Translations under genes and position numbers: made by a program | Part shown: piece by piece, positions 8,678-19,100 of the stretch | How positions within the stretch are numbered: position 1 is the stretch's first letter | Layout of the letters: the number at the start of each line of letters is the position of its first letter | Notes under the pieces: model-generated | What the model saw: only the letters and a program-made list of their open reading frames with translations | The model's database searches: none | Told to the model about the DNA's origin: nothing | Assembly (NCBI GenBank): GCA_947585105.1 | Contig: CANPWV010000003.1 | Span: 221 to 64,220 of the forward strand | Direction of reading: 5' to 3' | Length of the DNA: 64,000 bases | Source of the DNA: an uncultured Clostridia bacterium | Lineage (GTDB): Bacteria > Bacillota > Clostridia > TANB77 > CAG-508

Positions 8678-11600
8678 TCATTTGTAAAACTTCTTTCTTC
8701 TCGCAAATTGAATTATTACATAAATTACTCCCGCAACAATAATTAGACTTGGAATTACTATTAATAAAGTATTTATTTGTCTATTTACCTCATTATTATG
8801 AGTAATTTGTAATTGTGTTAAACCAGTTGGTGGTGAGAATGTTATAACTTCTGTGAAGTCAGTATCAGTTTCTGGTTCAGAAATTTGAACAATTGTTAAT
8901 GGAGTCATAGGAACATCAACCTCATCAGGTGGTGTAGATGGTTCGTCAGGATTTGGATTAGTTGTGTTACCAATAAATGATTGTGTTCCAGTATTTCCAG
9001 CCTTTACATAAACCTTTCTACCAGCTGTGTTTGCTACTTTTACAATCTCAGCAAGGTTTTCAATTTCTAATCCTTCAGCATCAGTCTCTGATGTAAGAGT
9101 TCTTGAAGCTTGTAAACTTATAATATACATACTTTCTTCAGGATTTTCTATGATATTAGTAATCTCTGTAGCGTCCGGATGTTCACTATCAATAATAAAA
9201 TCATTTACCTTATTACTTATATTTTTTGTTCCATTTTCAGTTGGCTCTAAGAATTTATAGAAATTCCTATTTATACTAGAGTCTTCGATATTAAACGCTA
9301 AATTGTTATTTACCTTATCATTTTCCTTATCAATGAAATATTTATTGCCATCTGAAATTTTTGTTGGTGTAGTTGTAGTAATGTCTTTCAATAATCCTCT
9401 TGATGCAATTTCATCAAGCGTATAAGTTAAATAAGTTATTTGACCATTTTCATTTGTATTTTCTTCTGGTTTAAATACTAAATCAGTATCAACATAATCA
9501 ATATATTGATCAACTCTTGTCTTAACAACAGCCTCTCTTCCAGACGTTACATTATTATAATAAATATTTCCTAAATAATAACCAACTCTATAATCTCCTT
9601 GAACATTATGAATATTCAAGTAAGTATAAGCCTTTTTAACAGAATCTGATTGATTATAACCGCTACTACTTAAACCACTATTATATATAACACTTTTTCC
9701 GTTACCTGAATCGCTTAATTTACCAGTAAGTATAGAACCGTCTATTTCAGCTCCTCCACTATATAATAACTTATATAAGTAATTGCTTTCATAGTTATAT
9801 GTTCTTGTTTGACCATCTATATAATCTATTATAGTATTTCCGCTTCTATCTCCAGGAGTAACTCTAGAAGGGTCACTTCCATAAGAAACTGATAAATCTA
9901 TACTTGGACTATCTACAATTTTATTTTCTAACCAAGCTGATAAGTGGTCAGTTTCACTATTATTTATAATTCCAATTTGATACTTAACTATAACTGTCAT
10001 ACCTTGAAGTATGTCATTATCAACGTTTGCGTATCTAAATCCTTGGTTACCATTAAATCTGTTCAATAACTGAACTTGACCTGAACCAGTTGATTTTTCG
10101 TAATTTGGAGCTGAATAATGTTCGATTTCATTTCCATTCTTTTTATAATATATATCAAATACTAAATCAATTAATGTATTTCCATCTGAAGTAATTGCTT
10201 TGATTTCAGAAATATCATTCAAAAGTTGAAGTTTTGTAAGTGGTCTTTCAATCAAACCAAAGTCAATATGCTCAATTACATATTGTAATTCTTCTATTGT
10301 ATAAATTCCGTCTTCTCTTATACTTTGCTTAACTCTTCTGCTTTTAGTTACACCTTCACAATTTTCATCATATTCAATATCTACATTAAACGCTCTTGTA
10401 TCAGCAAACATTGCTGTATTTTTAGCAAGTATTTGTAACTCGCTTGAATTTTGACCAGACTTTAATACAGTGTCCATTGGGTATGTTGTTGTTGTAGAAT
10501 ATTCATTTACTTCAAGTCTTCTTACCTCATTATCTTTAGCAAATGATAATACCCTTCCATTAGCAGTTTCACTAAAATCAGAAACATCGTCTACAACGCC
10601 ATTTTCTTCTGATCCTACTTTAACATCAGTATATTTTGTTGATTTAAAGTCTTGACCTGAATATCTGATTGTAGTTCCGTCTGTTGTTACTAATTTATCA
10701 TATTCATCACCATAAATAAATCTTACAACATAAGTTCCAGCGTGAAGAATTGTAGCTCCATCTGGTCCATCGCTTAATCCTCTTCCGCCTAGATAATATT
10801 TACCATCACTGCCAGTTCTGTCCCATAATCCAGTATCTACAAGGTAATCTTGATTACCATCACTTACATATTCATAAAGTTTAGCAATTACATTTTCAGC
10901 CCATTTATCATTTCCGTTTTTAATTCCATCTCCTACTAGCTCGCCATCACTAGAACTATTTTTTTGTTTGTCTATTTCTTCAAACACATTACCTGTAATA
11001 ATTCTATATACTTCTCTACCAGACTTTGGATCACTTCCTGGTGGGTCTCCTCCACCTGGTGGATTTCCTCCATCTCTTAGGACAACTAAAAGTCCTGTCA
11101 TAAATGTATCATCTTCAAAACGTTCTGTATTATTTACATTAGCGTTTCCTGGATTTGAGTTTTTATCAACTAAACCAGCAGGTTTTCCATTTTTGTAGAA
11201 AGAGTAAGCTCCAACCTCGGCGCAATTGTATTTTCCATTTATCAAACTGTCGCCTTCATTATCTACTTGTATAGCTCCACCAGGTTTTACTACTCTATAT
11301 TTAATGTAAATAACTAATTCTCCGTCTTTTTGTAACTCTTGATTTTCCATTCCAGTAATAAAGTTACAATGTCCTGTTGATGGATTACCAAATGATGATC
11401 CATTACTTACTGTTAATTGAGCTCCACTTTCAGTTCCGAGCTTTGCTGAAGTATTAATAACTTCAAGCTCTTCTGAATAGTAATCAACAACTTCTCTTAT
11501 TTTCGAAGTTATTCCATTATCTGATTTATTTTTAATTGTTATTTTATAAGTTATAACAATTTGTAAATCATTATCATCAAGCCAATCTCCACTCTTATAT

Positions 11601-14600
11601 GGATTATTTGCTTTCAATATATTTTGAACATTGACATCTTGGTTACTTGTTCTATATTCATAATCTTCTCTATAAATTCTTAAAACATAAGGTGGTTGTA
11701 AAGTATTATCACTAGCTTTAGTAAATCCGTTTTTTCCTAATTGATTATAATCATAAGTCATCTTAAATCCGTTTACAGCTACTTCAGCTCTAACAACATC
11801 TTTTTCAAGAGACAAGTCAGCTTCAGGTCTTACTTTTAAACCTAAGTTAATGTGTTTCAAATACTCTACACTATCTCCTTGCATTTCAGGATAGAAGAAT
11901 GTAAATGATCTAGATTTTTCGTTTAATACACAACTATCATAATTGTTATAATCCCATTTTGCATAACTCTTTTGTAGTCTTTGTCCTTCTTCTTCATAAT
12001 CCATAGGTTTTTGAGGTGAACTTCCAGTTGTTCCTTGGAAAGCTTTATCATTTGCAATAGTTTCTAGTCTACTATTGAAGTCATCTCTTTTAAATCTACC
12101 ATTATATTTAGATGATGTCTCATCATATTCTTTTGCATCTGAATCGTTCTCAAAATTATTTATCATATTATGAGTTCCATCCAAATTTGTTGGAGTAATA
12201 TTATTTGCGTTACTATCATTTAAAATTCCGTTTAACGCAGCATCTACTGGCTCAAATCGTTCACCATCATAGTTAAATATTATGTAATATCTCAATAAAG
12301 AACTGTCAGCGTAATAATATTGCATTCCCGGTTTAATGTCATAATATGGTGGTGTTTGTGGAGAACCTTGTCCAATATTTTTTCCTTTTCTTACTCTACC
12401 AAAATTAAATTCACCTGTTGAAGTATCAACTTCTTTTGTTACCATTAATTGTTCTTGACCATCTTCTACTTTCCACAATTCAACTTTAATGTGTTTATAT
12501 TGGTCTCTTGCCATTCCACTAATATTTTCATTAGTTCCATCTTTTACATTGTTATTATTCTTATCTAAGAATACAACTCCTTTTACTTCTGGGTCTAAGA
12601 CTCTGACGTAATCGTAGTCTTCTCCTTCGATATTACCACTTCTTATTATTACTTGTCCATCAAAATAGCTACAATTATCATGTAAACAAATAGGAACTGT
12701 ATAAGTCTCCCATATTCCACTCCAAAAATAGTAATATGTATATGTTTGTTCTTTCCAGTTAGCATGATTAATTAAACATTGATTTTGTATACATTCATAT
12801 CTAGCGTTATAAATCTTATTTTCTAGATTTGGTATTCTCATATTTGAAGCTATTACATTAAATCCAAGTTTTATTTCAACTTCTAAGTCTCCACTAGGAC
12901 ATTCTTCACCTAAATCAATACCAATCTTAATATCTGAGCCATTTCCACCATAAGAAGGGTTTTCTTTAATTGTACCAATATTTGTAGTCGCAGAAATTTG
13001 TCCATTATAAGCTAATCCTTCTGTCATATATTCATCTGTACAATACAATCTTATTAAATGTATCTTGTAACAATTATCCATATGATTCTGATAATCATTA
13101 ATAACATTTGAATTCATACAATGATATTCAACAAAGTTTTCCCACCAAAGACTAGATATATTTTCAATTTTTAATTTTACAGTATATTCAATTTGACTTC
13201 CTTGTATTACTTCAGCAGGTCTTGTTTCTTTCCAGTTTTTATCTTTTTCTTTTCTATCACCAACAAAAGAACCGCTTGGAGCACTTGTTACATTACTAAT
13301 CCATTTTTCAATTTTTGTATCTTCTGGAGGTTGTGATGGTGGATTTTCAACTTTAAAGTAATCTGAAGATGGATCTGGCTGTCTAACTTTTGGATTTTCT
13401 TTATCTCCTACCTTTGTTATTATAAATCGAGCTGTATTTTTATATGTTCCACCAATTCCACTTGGAAATCTTGCTGTAATTGTTATAGTAAATTCATCAC
13501 CAGGTCCAAGTGTTATTTCAGAACCACTAGAAGTACTGATACTTTGAATACTTATAAGTGAATCTGGAGTATCTATAAATACACCTGTTACTTCTTTATT
13601 TTCATCTTCATTTTTAAGAGTTACTTTATATGTTATTGTTTTATCTGTAGTACTATCTCCAGCGTCTGCTGGGCTTCCGGCTTTAGTTCCTTCATCCATA
13701 ATAGAACGATCTTCTCCGCTCATATTTCCATTTACAATAGATTCGATATATTTATTAAGTTTTACCTCTACATTTCCTTCTATTTTTACCCATTCCCATG
13801 AATTTATTGGTTCTTCATTTTCTGGTGTAAATGTAGATTCATTTTTCCATTTATCTTCTTCCTCTCCAGGAGTAGTTGTTCCACCTTTTGGGAATTTAGC
13901 TTTTACAGTAATTAAAAGTGTACTCTTTTTAGGAATTGTTAATGTATTTACACTTTCTGTTGATGAATATTGCATTTGAGCTGGGAATGAAGATACATCA
14001 GATCCATTTAATTTCAATACATTAGTTTCTTCGTTTGTATCTTCAGTAGCAAAATCAGTTATTTCTACTCCAGTTATTTCAATAGGAGCCTCAGGTTTAT
14101 CTTTAAACTCTCCATTAATTGAACTACTATTGTCATTTGTAAGTTTTATAGTATATGTTATTTCTCTATCTTCATCATCTGTCTTTAAATCAAATGGTTC
14201 TTCTTTCTTTTGATCCTCTGTCCAAAATTCACGTGAATCTGAATTTTCATTGCCTTGTGAATCATCATTAGGTTCACTCGAATTGTCATCAGAATAGCCA
14301 ATTGCATTTAAAATTGAATTATACCAAAGGTTACATCCTTCACTATTTAAGTGATAACCAGAGCCATCATCATATTGTTCCATTAAAAATCCATTTTGAT
14401 TAATTTGGTCAGTAACATCTACTAATTTTATATTTCCAGAACATAAACCTCTAAGATAGCTATTAAAACTATTTATATATTGATTTTTGGTTTCATAACC
14501 ACCTGTATAATTTTTAGATACGTTAGAAATCTTTAATACATAAATTGTTTTATCTGGATAGCTACTTTGCAATTTATTTAATAATTCTGACATAGTTCCA

Positions 14601-16159
14601 TCTGTCCACTCAGAATGATAATAATTTAATCCAAAGTGAACTATAATTGAGCCAACATCATCTGGTATTGCTAAAGTATCAAATTCATCTAGCAACCATT
14701 GAGGCTTTGTACCACTTTTGGCTTTAGAATATGCTGGATCACCTATTAAATTTTCTATATATTTAATCCAAGAATCACCAATCCAAAATACTTTTTCGCC
14801 ATTTGGAGTACGAGAAATTGAACTATCACCTATAAATTTCTTTAATTCTATTGGTGTTTTTACATTTACGTAATCATGAGACTTTTCATCTTCAAAAGTC
14901 GCAGTATTACGATATTTTCCACCATAAGTTGTTGATGATTTTCCTATTAAAGTTATTTTAAAAGTTTTTGTTTCGCCTGGAGCCAATTCTATATCTTTAC
15001 CAATATCATCTTTATTAGGGCCTTCTATAGTTCCCGTAAAGAACTCTGTATCAAATGCATCTTCAAGTTTTCCAGTAACTTTTTCTTTACCATTATTTGT
15101 TAATGTAATTGTATAATCAACTTTTATATCTCCTTGTGAATTAACAACAACTGGTTTTTCATTTTTTTCTTTTTCAGTCATATTTTCTCTTGAACTTTCT
15201 AAACCAGATATTATATTAAATTCACTTCCATCATTACTTTCAACATTTGTTATGTATTTGTTTATTTCTATATCTTCTTCTTCACCCTCGGCACCCCAAA
15301 AGAAAAATCTTGACTGACAGCCACCATGTCCACTATATATTAAAATCCTTGCTGAACAAGTTTTATCAACATAAGTTCCACGATAATCACTATAATAACC
15401 AGATTTTGGATATGTCCAAGATCCGCCTACAGGAGTATACCTATCAGCATGTTCAGGATGTTCCTCTACATCTTTATTTTTATCTTCTGTTGATATTCCC
15501 TCATGCTTTATACCTTCTTCATCAATATACGTCCACGATACACATGTATTATGATATGTACAATTAACAATTGGATCAGGCTCTACATTTATAGCATCAA
15601 GAACTTCTATATAATTATAACCATGCCATGTATGCTTACTATAATCCCAATCAACAACCAAATCACCATCTACTAAGAAACTATTTATGTCATTTAAGTA
15701 TCCTTTGTAATATAATGTACTAACTGCTGTTGAATATCTATCTCTCCATTTATTAGACTTGTTATCATAAATAAATGTTGCAAATTGAGCTAATTTTTTC
15801 ATTTTTTCATTACTAGAAATTTCAGTTATACTGTTTTCTCCTTGTTGATATGTTGCGCTTCCATCAGTTTTTATATCTAATATTCCTATTAATCTTAATG
15901 CATCCTGACTACCATTTTGATCAGCAGAACCTGCGTGAATACATACTTCATTATCAGGTTCATCATTCTTGTTATAACCCGCACTTTGCATATTGCTTAA
16001 AGTAGCCCAGTCTAACTCTTTTACTTCTTCATAACTTTTATTTGCTAAAGTTACAACAGTAAATCCTGTATCTGAATTTACTTTATAAATTATAAATATT
16101 GATAATAAAAGAAATATAATTGTTAAAGCTAAACAAAAGATTTTTATTTTTTTATTCAT
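8678..16159 (-). CDS. giant cell-surface protein A2 (2493 aa). Order: signal/TM, Cys-containing head, DUF11-like repeats, SGNH module, SdrD-B-like domains, SPPTG anchor
   Basis: uninterrupted 7.5-kb ORF. YTITLTNNGKEKVTG-type DUF11 repeats. The C-terminal ~1400 aa are collinear with the 3184-aa paralog. Confidence 0.85.
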   Translation of the reverse strand: MNKKIKIFCLALTIIFLLLSIFIIYKVNSDTGFTVVTLANKSYEEVKELDWATLSNMQSAGYNKNDEPDNEVCIHAGSADQNGSQDALRLIGILDIKTDGSATYQQGENSITEISSNEKMKKLAQFATFIYDNKSNKWRDRYSTAVSTLYYKGYLNDINSFLVDGDLVVDWDYSKHTWHGYNYIEVLDAINVEPDPIVNCTYHNTCVSWTYIDEEGIKHEGISTEDKNKDVEEHPEHADRYTPVGGSWTYPKSGYYSDYRGTYVDKTCSARILIYSGHGGCQSRFFFWGAEGEEEDIEINKYITNVESNDGSEFNIISGLESSRENMTEKEKNEKPVVVNSQGDIKVDYTITLTNNGKEKVTGKLEDAFDTEFFTGTIEGPNKDDIGKDIELAPGETKTFKITLIGKSSTTYGGKYRNTATFEDEKSHDYVNVKTPIELKKFIGDSSISRTPNGEKVFWIGDSWIKYIENLIGDPAYSKAKSGTKPQWLLDEFDTLAIPDDVGSIIVHFGLNYYHSEWTDGTMSELLNKLQSSYPDKTIYVLKISNVSKNYTGGYETKNQYINSFNSYLRGLCSGNIKLVDVTDQINQNGFLMEQYDDGSGYHLNSEGCNLWYNSILNAIGYSDDNSSEPNDDSQGNENSDSREFWTEDQKKEEPFDLKTDDEDREITYTIKLTNDNSSSINGEFKDKPEAPIEITGVEITDFATEDTNEETNVLKLNGSDVSSFPAQMQYSSTESVNTLTIPKKSTLLITVKAKFPKGGTTTPGEEEDKWKNESTFTPENEEPINSWEWVKIEGNVEVKLNKYIESIVNGNMSGEDRSIMDEGTKAGSPADAGDSTTDKTITYKVTLKNEDENKEVTGVFIDTPDSLISIQSISTSSGSEITLGPGDEFTITITARFPSGIGGTYKNTARFIITKVGDKENPKVRQPDPSSDYFKVENPPSQPPEDTKIEKWISNVTSAPSGSFVGDRKEKDKNWKETRPAEVIQGSQIEYTVKLKIENISSLWWENFVEYHCMNSNVINDYQNHMDNCYKIHLIRLYCTDEYMTEGLAYNGQISATTNIGTIKENPSYGGNGSDIKIGIDLGEECPSGDLEVEIKLGFNVIASNMRIPNLENKIYNARYECIQNQCLINHANWKEQTYTYYYFWSGIWETYTVPICLHDNCSYFDGQVIIRSGNIEGEDYDYVRVLDPEVKGVVFLDKNNNNVKDGTNENISGMARDQYKHIKVELWKVEDGQEQLMVTKEVDTSTGEFNFGRVRKGKNIGQGSPQTPPYYDIKPGMQYYYADSSLLRYYIIFNYDGERFEPVDAALNGILNDSNANNITPTNLDGTHNMINNFENDSDAKEYDETSSKYNGRFKRDDFNSRLETIANDKAFQGTTGSSPQKPMDYEEEGQRLQKSYAKWDYNNYDSCVLNEKSRSFTFFYPEMQGDSVEYLKHINLGLKVRPEADLSLEKDVVRAEVAVNGFKMTYDYNQLGKNGFTKASDNTLQPPYVLRIYREDYEYRTSNQDVNVQNILKANNPYKSGDWLDDNDLQIVITYKITIKNKSDNGITSKIREVVDYYSEELEVINTSAKLGTESGAQLTVSNGSSFGNPSTGHCNFITGMENQELQKDGELVIYIKYRVVKPGGAIQVDNEGDSLINGKYNCAEVGAYSFYKNGKPAGLVDKNSNPGNANVNNTERFEDDTFMTGLLVVLRDGGNPPGGGDPPGSDPKSGREVYRIITGNVFEEIDKQKNSSSDGELVGDGIKNGNDKWAENVIAKLYEYVSDGNQDYLVDTGLWDRTGSDGKYYLGGRGLSDGPDGATILHAGTYVVRFIYGDEYDKLVTTDGTTIRYSGQDFKSTKYTDVKVGSEENGVVDDVSDFSETANGRVLSFAKDNEVRRLEVNEYSTTTTYPMDTVLKSGQNSSELQILAKNTAMFADTRAFNVDIEYDENCEGVTKSRRVKQSIREDGIYTIEELQYVIEHIDFGLIERPLTKLQLLNDISEIKAITSDGNTLIDLVFDIYYKKNGNEIEHYSAPNYEKSTGSGQVQLLNRFNGNQGFRYANVDNDILQGMTVIVKYQIGIINNSETDHLSAWLENKIVDSPSIDLSVSYGSDPSRVTPGDRSGNTIIDYIDGQTRTYNYESNYLYKLLYSGGAEIDGSILTGKLSDSGNGKSVIYNSGLSSSGYNQSDSVKKAYTYLNIHNVQGDYRVGYYLGNIYYNNVTSGREAVVKTRVDQYIDYVDTDLVFKPEENTNENGQITYLTYTLDEIASRGLLKDITTTTPTKISDGNKYFIDKENDKVNNNLAFNIEDSSINRNFYKFLEPTENGTKNISNKVNDFIIDSEHPDATEITNIIENPEESMYIISLQASRTLTSETDAEGLEIENLAEIVKVANTAGRKVYVKAGNTGTQSFIGNTTNPNPDEPSTPPDEVDVPMTPLTIVQISEPETDTDFTEVITFSPPTGLTQLQITHNNEVNRQINTLLIVIPSLIIVAGVIYVIIQFARRKKFYK
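8822..8836 (-). other. SPPTG sorting-signal-like motif followed by TM segment and RRKK tail
   Basis: FSPPTGL...LLIVIPSLIIVAGVIYVIIQFARRKKFYK at the C-terminus. Confidence 0.5.
14295..14800 (-). other. SGNH/GDSL hydrolase-like module inside protein A2
   Basis: block I VFWIGDSW (Ser463), block III HFGLNYY, block V DDGSGYHLN (Asp-x-x-His). Confidence 0.6.
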
Positions 16160-16174
16160 TTTCTCACCTCCATT

Positions 16175-19100
16175 CTATTTATAAATTTTCTTTGTATTTT
16201 TAATTTTTATTATTATCATCGCAACAGCTGAAATCATTATGATTATAATTAATATTGTCATTATATATTCTACTGTTCTACCTGTTGAAACATTTATTAA
16301 TAAAGTTATTTCAGAATAATCATCTTCGCCTTTTTCTTTATTTCCTTCGATAGAGTCATTATCGTAAAATCCAAAAGCATTTGTATATTCTAAAATTTCA
16401 GCACTATTAATAAGTTTTACAGCTTCGCCATCTTCTAAACTTCTTCTTAATACTAATTCAAATTCTTTTGTTTCACCTGGCTTTATTTCTTTATCAACCA
16501 ACCCATTATAAATCAGTTCATTTTCAGGACTTATATACCATCCATCACTTCTATTTAATACAACTTGTACACCTTGAGGAAGATAATCAATAACTTTATT
16601 TACATAGCCTGTTGTATCTCCTTCATTTGTTATTTTAAATTTATAAGTTATATTTAAAACACTTGATTTATAATATTTTGATTTAATTTCTATTCTTGGA
16701 CTTTTATTATTTTCATAATTATAAATCTTAGTTCCTTCATCATTTTTTACTTCAATTTTTGAAATAGATTTTTCTAATTTTAAGTCAAAGTTTGTTCTAT
16801 CAACTATTCCAATATCAATTGAAAGTAAATTTGATCCATTAACAGTTATTTTATCTGTAACACCGAAAATTCCATTTGCTCCATTTAATGTAATTGTCTT
16901 TGAAATAGCATCTGAATTTTCAGTTGATTTAGCAGTTTCAACTTGATATTTTGTAACTTTATATAAAGATGAATTATAATCAAAAACTAATACATAATCT
17001 CCATTTTCAATTTCTGTAAATATGTATTCTCCGTTTTCATTTGTAACTGTTGTTTCAATTAAACCTGATGTATCAATTCCGCCATTAGCTGTAGCTCTAT
17101 ACAATGATACAATAACAGCTGATTTTAAAGCTTCTTCTGTTTCTCTTATTCCATTTTGATTTCTATCAATCCAAGCTAAACCTGAAATATAATATGTTTT
17201 TGTTGGTCTTAAATCATTTCCGAGAATTTCCACTATTGTTATTATTGTTATTACTATTGTTATTTACATTGCTGTTATTATTTTGGTTATTATTGTTTTG
17301 ATTGTTATTTTGACTATTGTTATTATTTCCTGAGTTTCCGTTATTACCACTATTTCCATTATTGTTGTTATTGTTATTTCCACTATTACCGCTGATTCCA
17401 CTATTGTTTATTTGTGGTTCTCTTTTTTCTGTTATATAAGGATTATCTATCTTATAAGAAAGTACTGGTAAATTAACATTTTTTGTTTCATCATCTATAA
17501 TAAGCTTAACTTCTATTAATTCTTGATCAGTATAAAATGATTTCTCATTAACTTTTGTCTTTATTAATAAACTTTTACTTCCTTGTGATTCTACAGTAAA
17601 ATTTTCATAAAATCCATCTTCTTTAATTTCTATATTTTTATCTTCATCTAAGAATTTAGCTTCTATTATATCTAAACCATCTGGAAGATCAAAATCTATA
17701 AAAGCTCCTTTTGAATCTACAAATCCTATATTTTTAATATCTAAATAAAATTCAATTTCTTGTCCATCTTTTACTAATGTTCCTGATTCAGTATTACTTG
17801 TAAAATTATATTCTAAAGATGTTTTTGTTTGATAAATTCTTCTAGTATAATCATTTGAACTATATTTATTTTCATTTATTGTAGCTTCTGATTTAACACT
17901 AAACACTTTACTATAAATATTTATATCTAAATCTGTACATTTTATAGAATAGAATAATTCTACTTCTTGACCTACCGATAATTTAGAAACATGAATAATT
18001 AATAATCTTTCTTCTGGTGTTTCTTGAATATCATATTTATAATTATTTAATTCCAAAGCTTTTATTTCAAACATTTTTGGAACTTTTATAATTACATCAA
18101 AATTTTCTAAATCATTTTCTGTAATATTTTTCAAGTAAACTTCTAATGGTAATGAAGAATCATTATAAATATCACTACTTTCTATATTTTCAGTTATACT
18201 TCTTTCAACTCTCATTTCAAGTTCAGCTTCTACTATATCATTTTTAAGTGTATTTACCTCTTTATCTTCATATCCATCTACAGAAACTATTATATTTCCA
18301 TATACCTCTTGAGTTTCTATTTCACTTAATTTTTTTACAATTACCTCATATTCAAGAGCTTTTGATTCATTAGGATTTAATTCGCCTATTGTAAATTCGA
18401 CATACTCTTTTTCATCTTTTGAATATTCTTTCATTTTTCTGACAGTTATGTCTGTAATCCATTCACTACTTTCTGGCTCTATATATTCCCAATCATAAAT
18501 ATTTGCGTTTTCAGCTTTTCCTTTGATTTTAATATTTCTAACAGTTTCGTTTGAAGTATTTCTTACTACAACAGTATATTTTAAAACTTGTCTTTCAAAA
18601 ACTGTATCAGCTTCACCTAAAATCACTCCACCTTGACTTACTTGTGTTCCTACTGTAAGTTCCACTAAATCTTGTTTATCTTTATCTTCGATATCGTCCA
18701 TGTCAATATCTTTTGTTTCAGTAAACATTCCTACTGCTGTTTGATTATAATAATTTTGCTCATCTATTTTGTAATAAACTGTGTAATTTGTATAAGCTGT
18801 TTTATTAAATCCAACACTTTCTGGAACCGTCAAATTATAGTCAAAAGTTACTCTTTCACCTTTTACTAAATTTTTATCTTTTAATACTATTTTATAAGAT
18901 TTTATATTACTAAAATCTCCTGGCTCTAAAGTCCAGCTATCTGAATCTACGCCTGCTAAAGGATCTTCTGAATAATATACATCTGATAATACTCCTCCTA
19001 AAGCAAGTCCGCCTTCTAAAGTTGTATCAAAATTTGTTCCCAAATCATTTCCGTTATTATCTTTATTTCCTATAAAAGGAATTCTACCAATGATTACAAC

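Noticed and set aside
9027-15567. Plus-strand ORFs inside the 2493-aa gene (9027, 10470, 10968, 15247)
   Set aside because: They are entirely nested antisense to a clearly coding giant ORF.
17223-17405. Asn-rich tract as a slipped-strand phase-variation switch explaining the A1 frame break
   Set aside because: The repeats are imperfect and triplet-based, so slippage preserves the frame. The break is at a CGG like the seven others.
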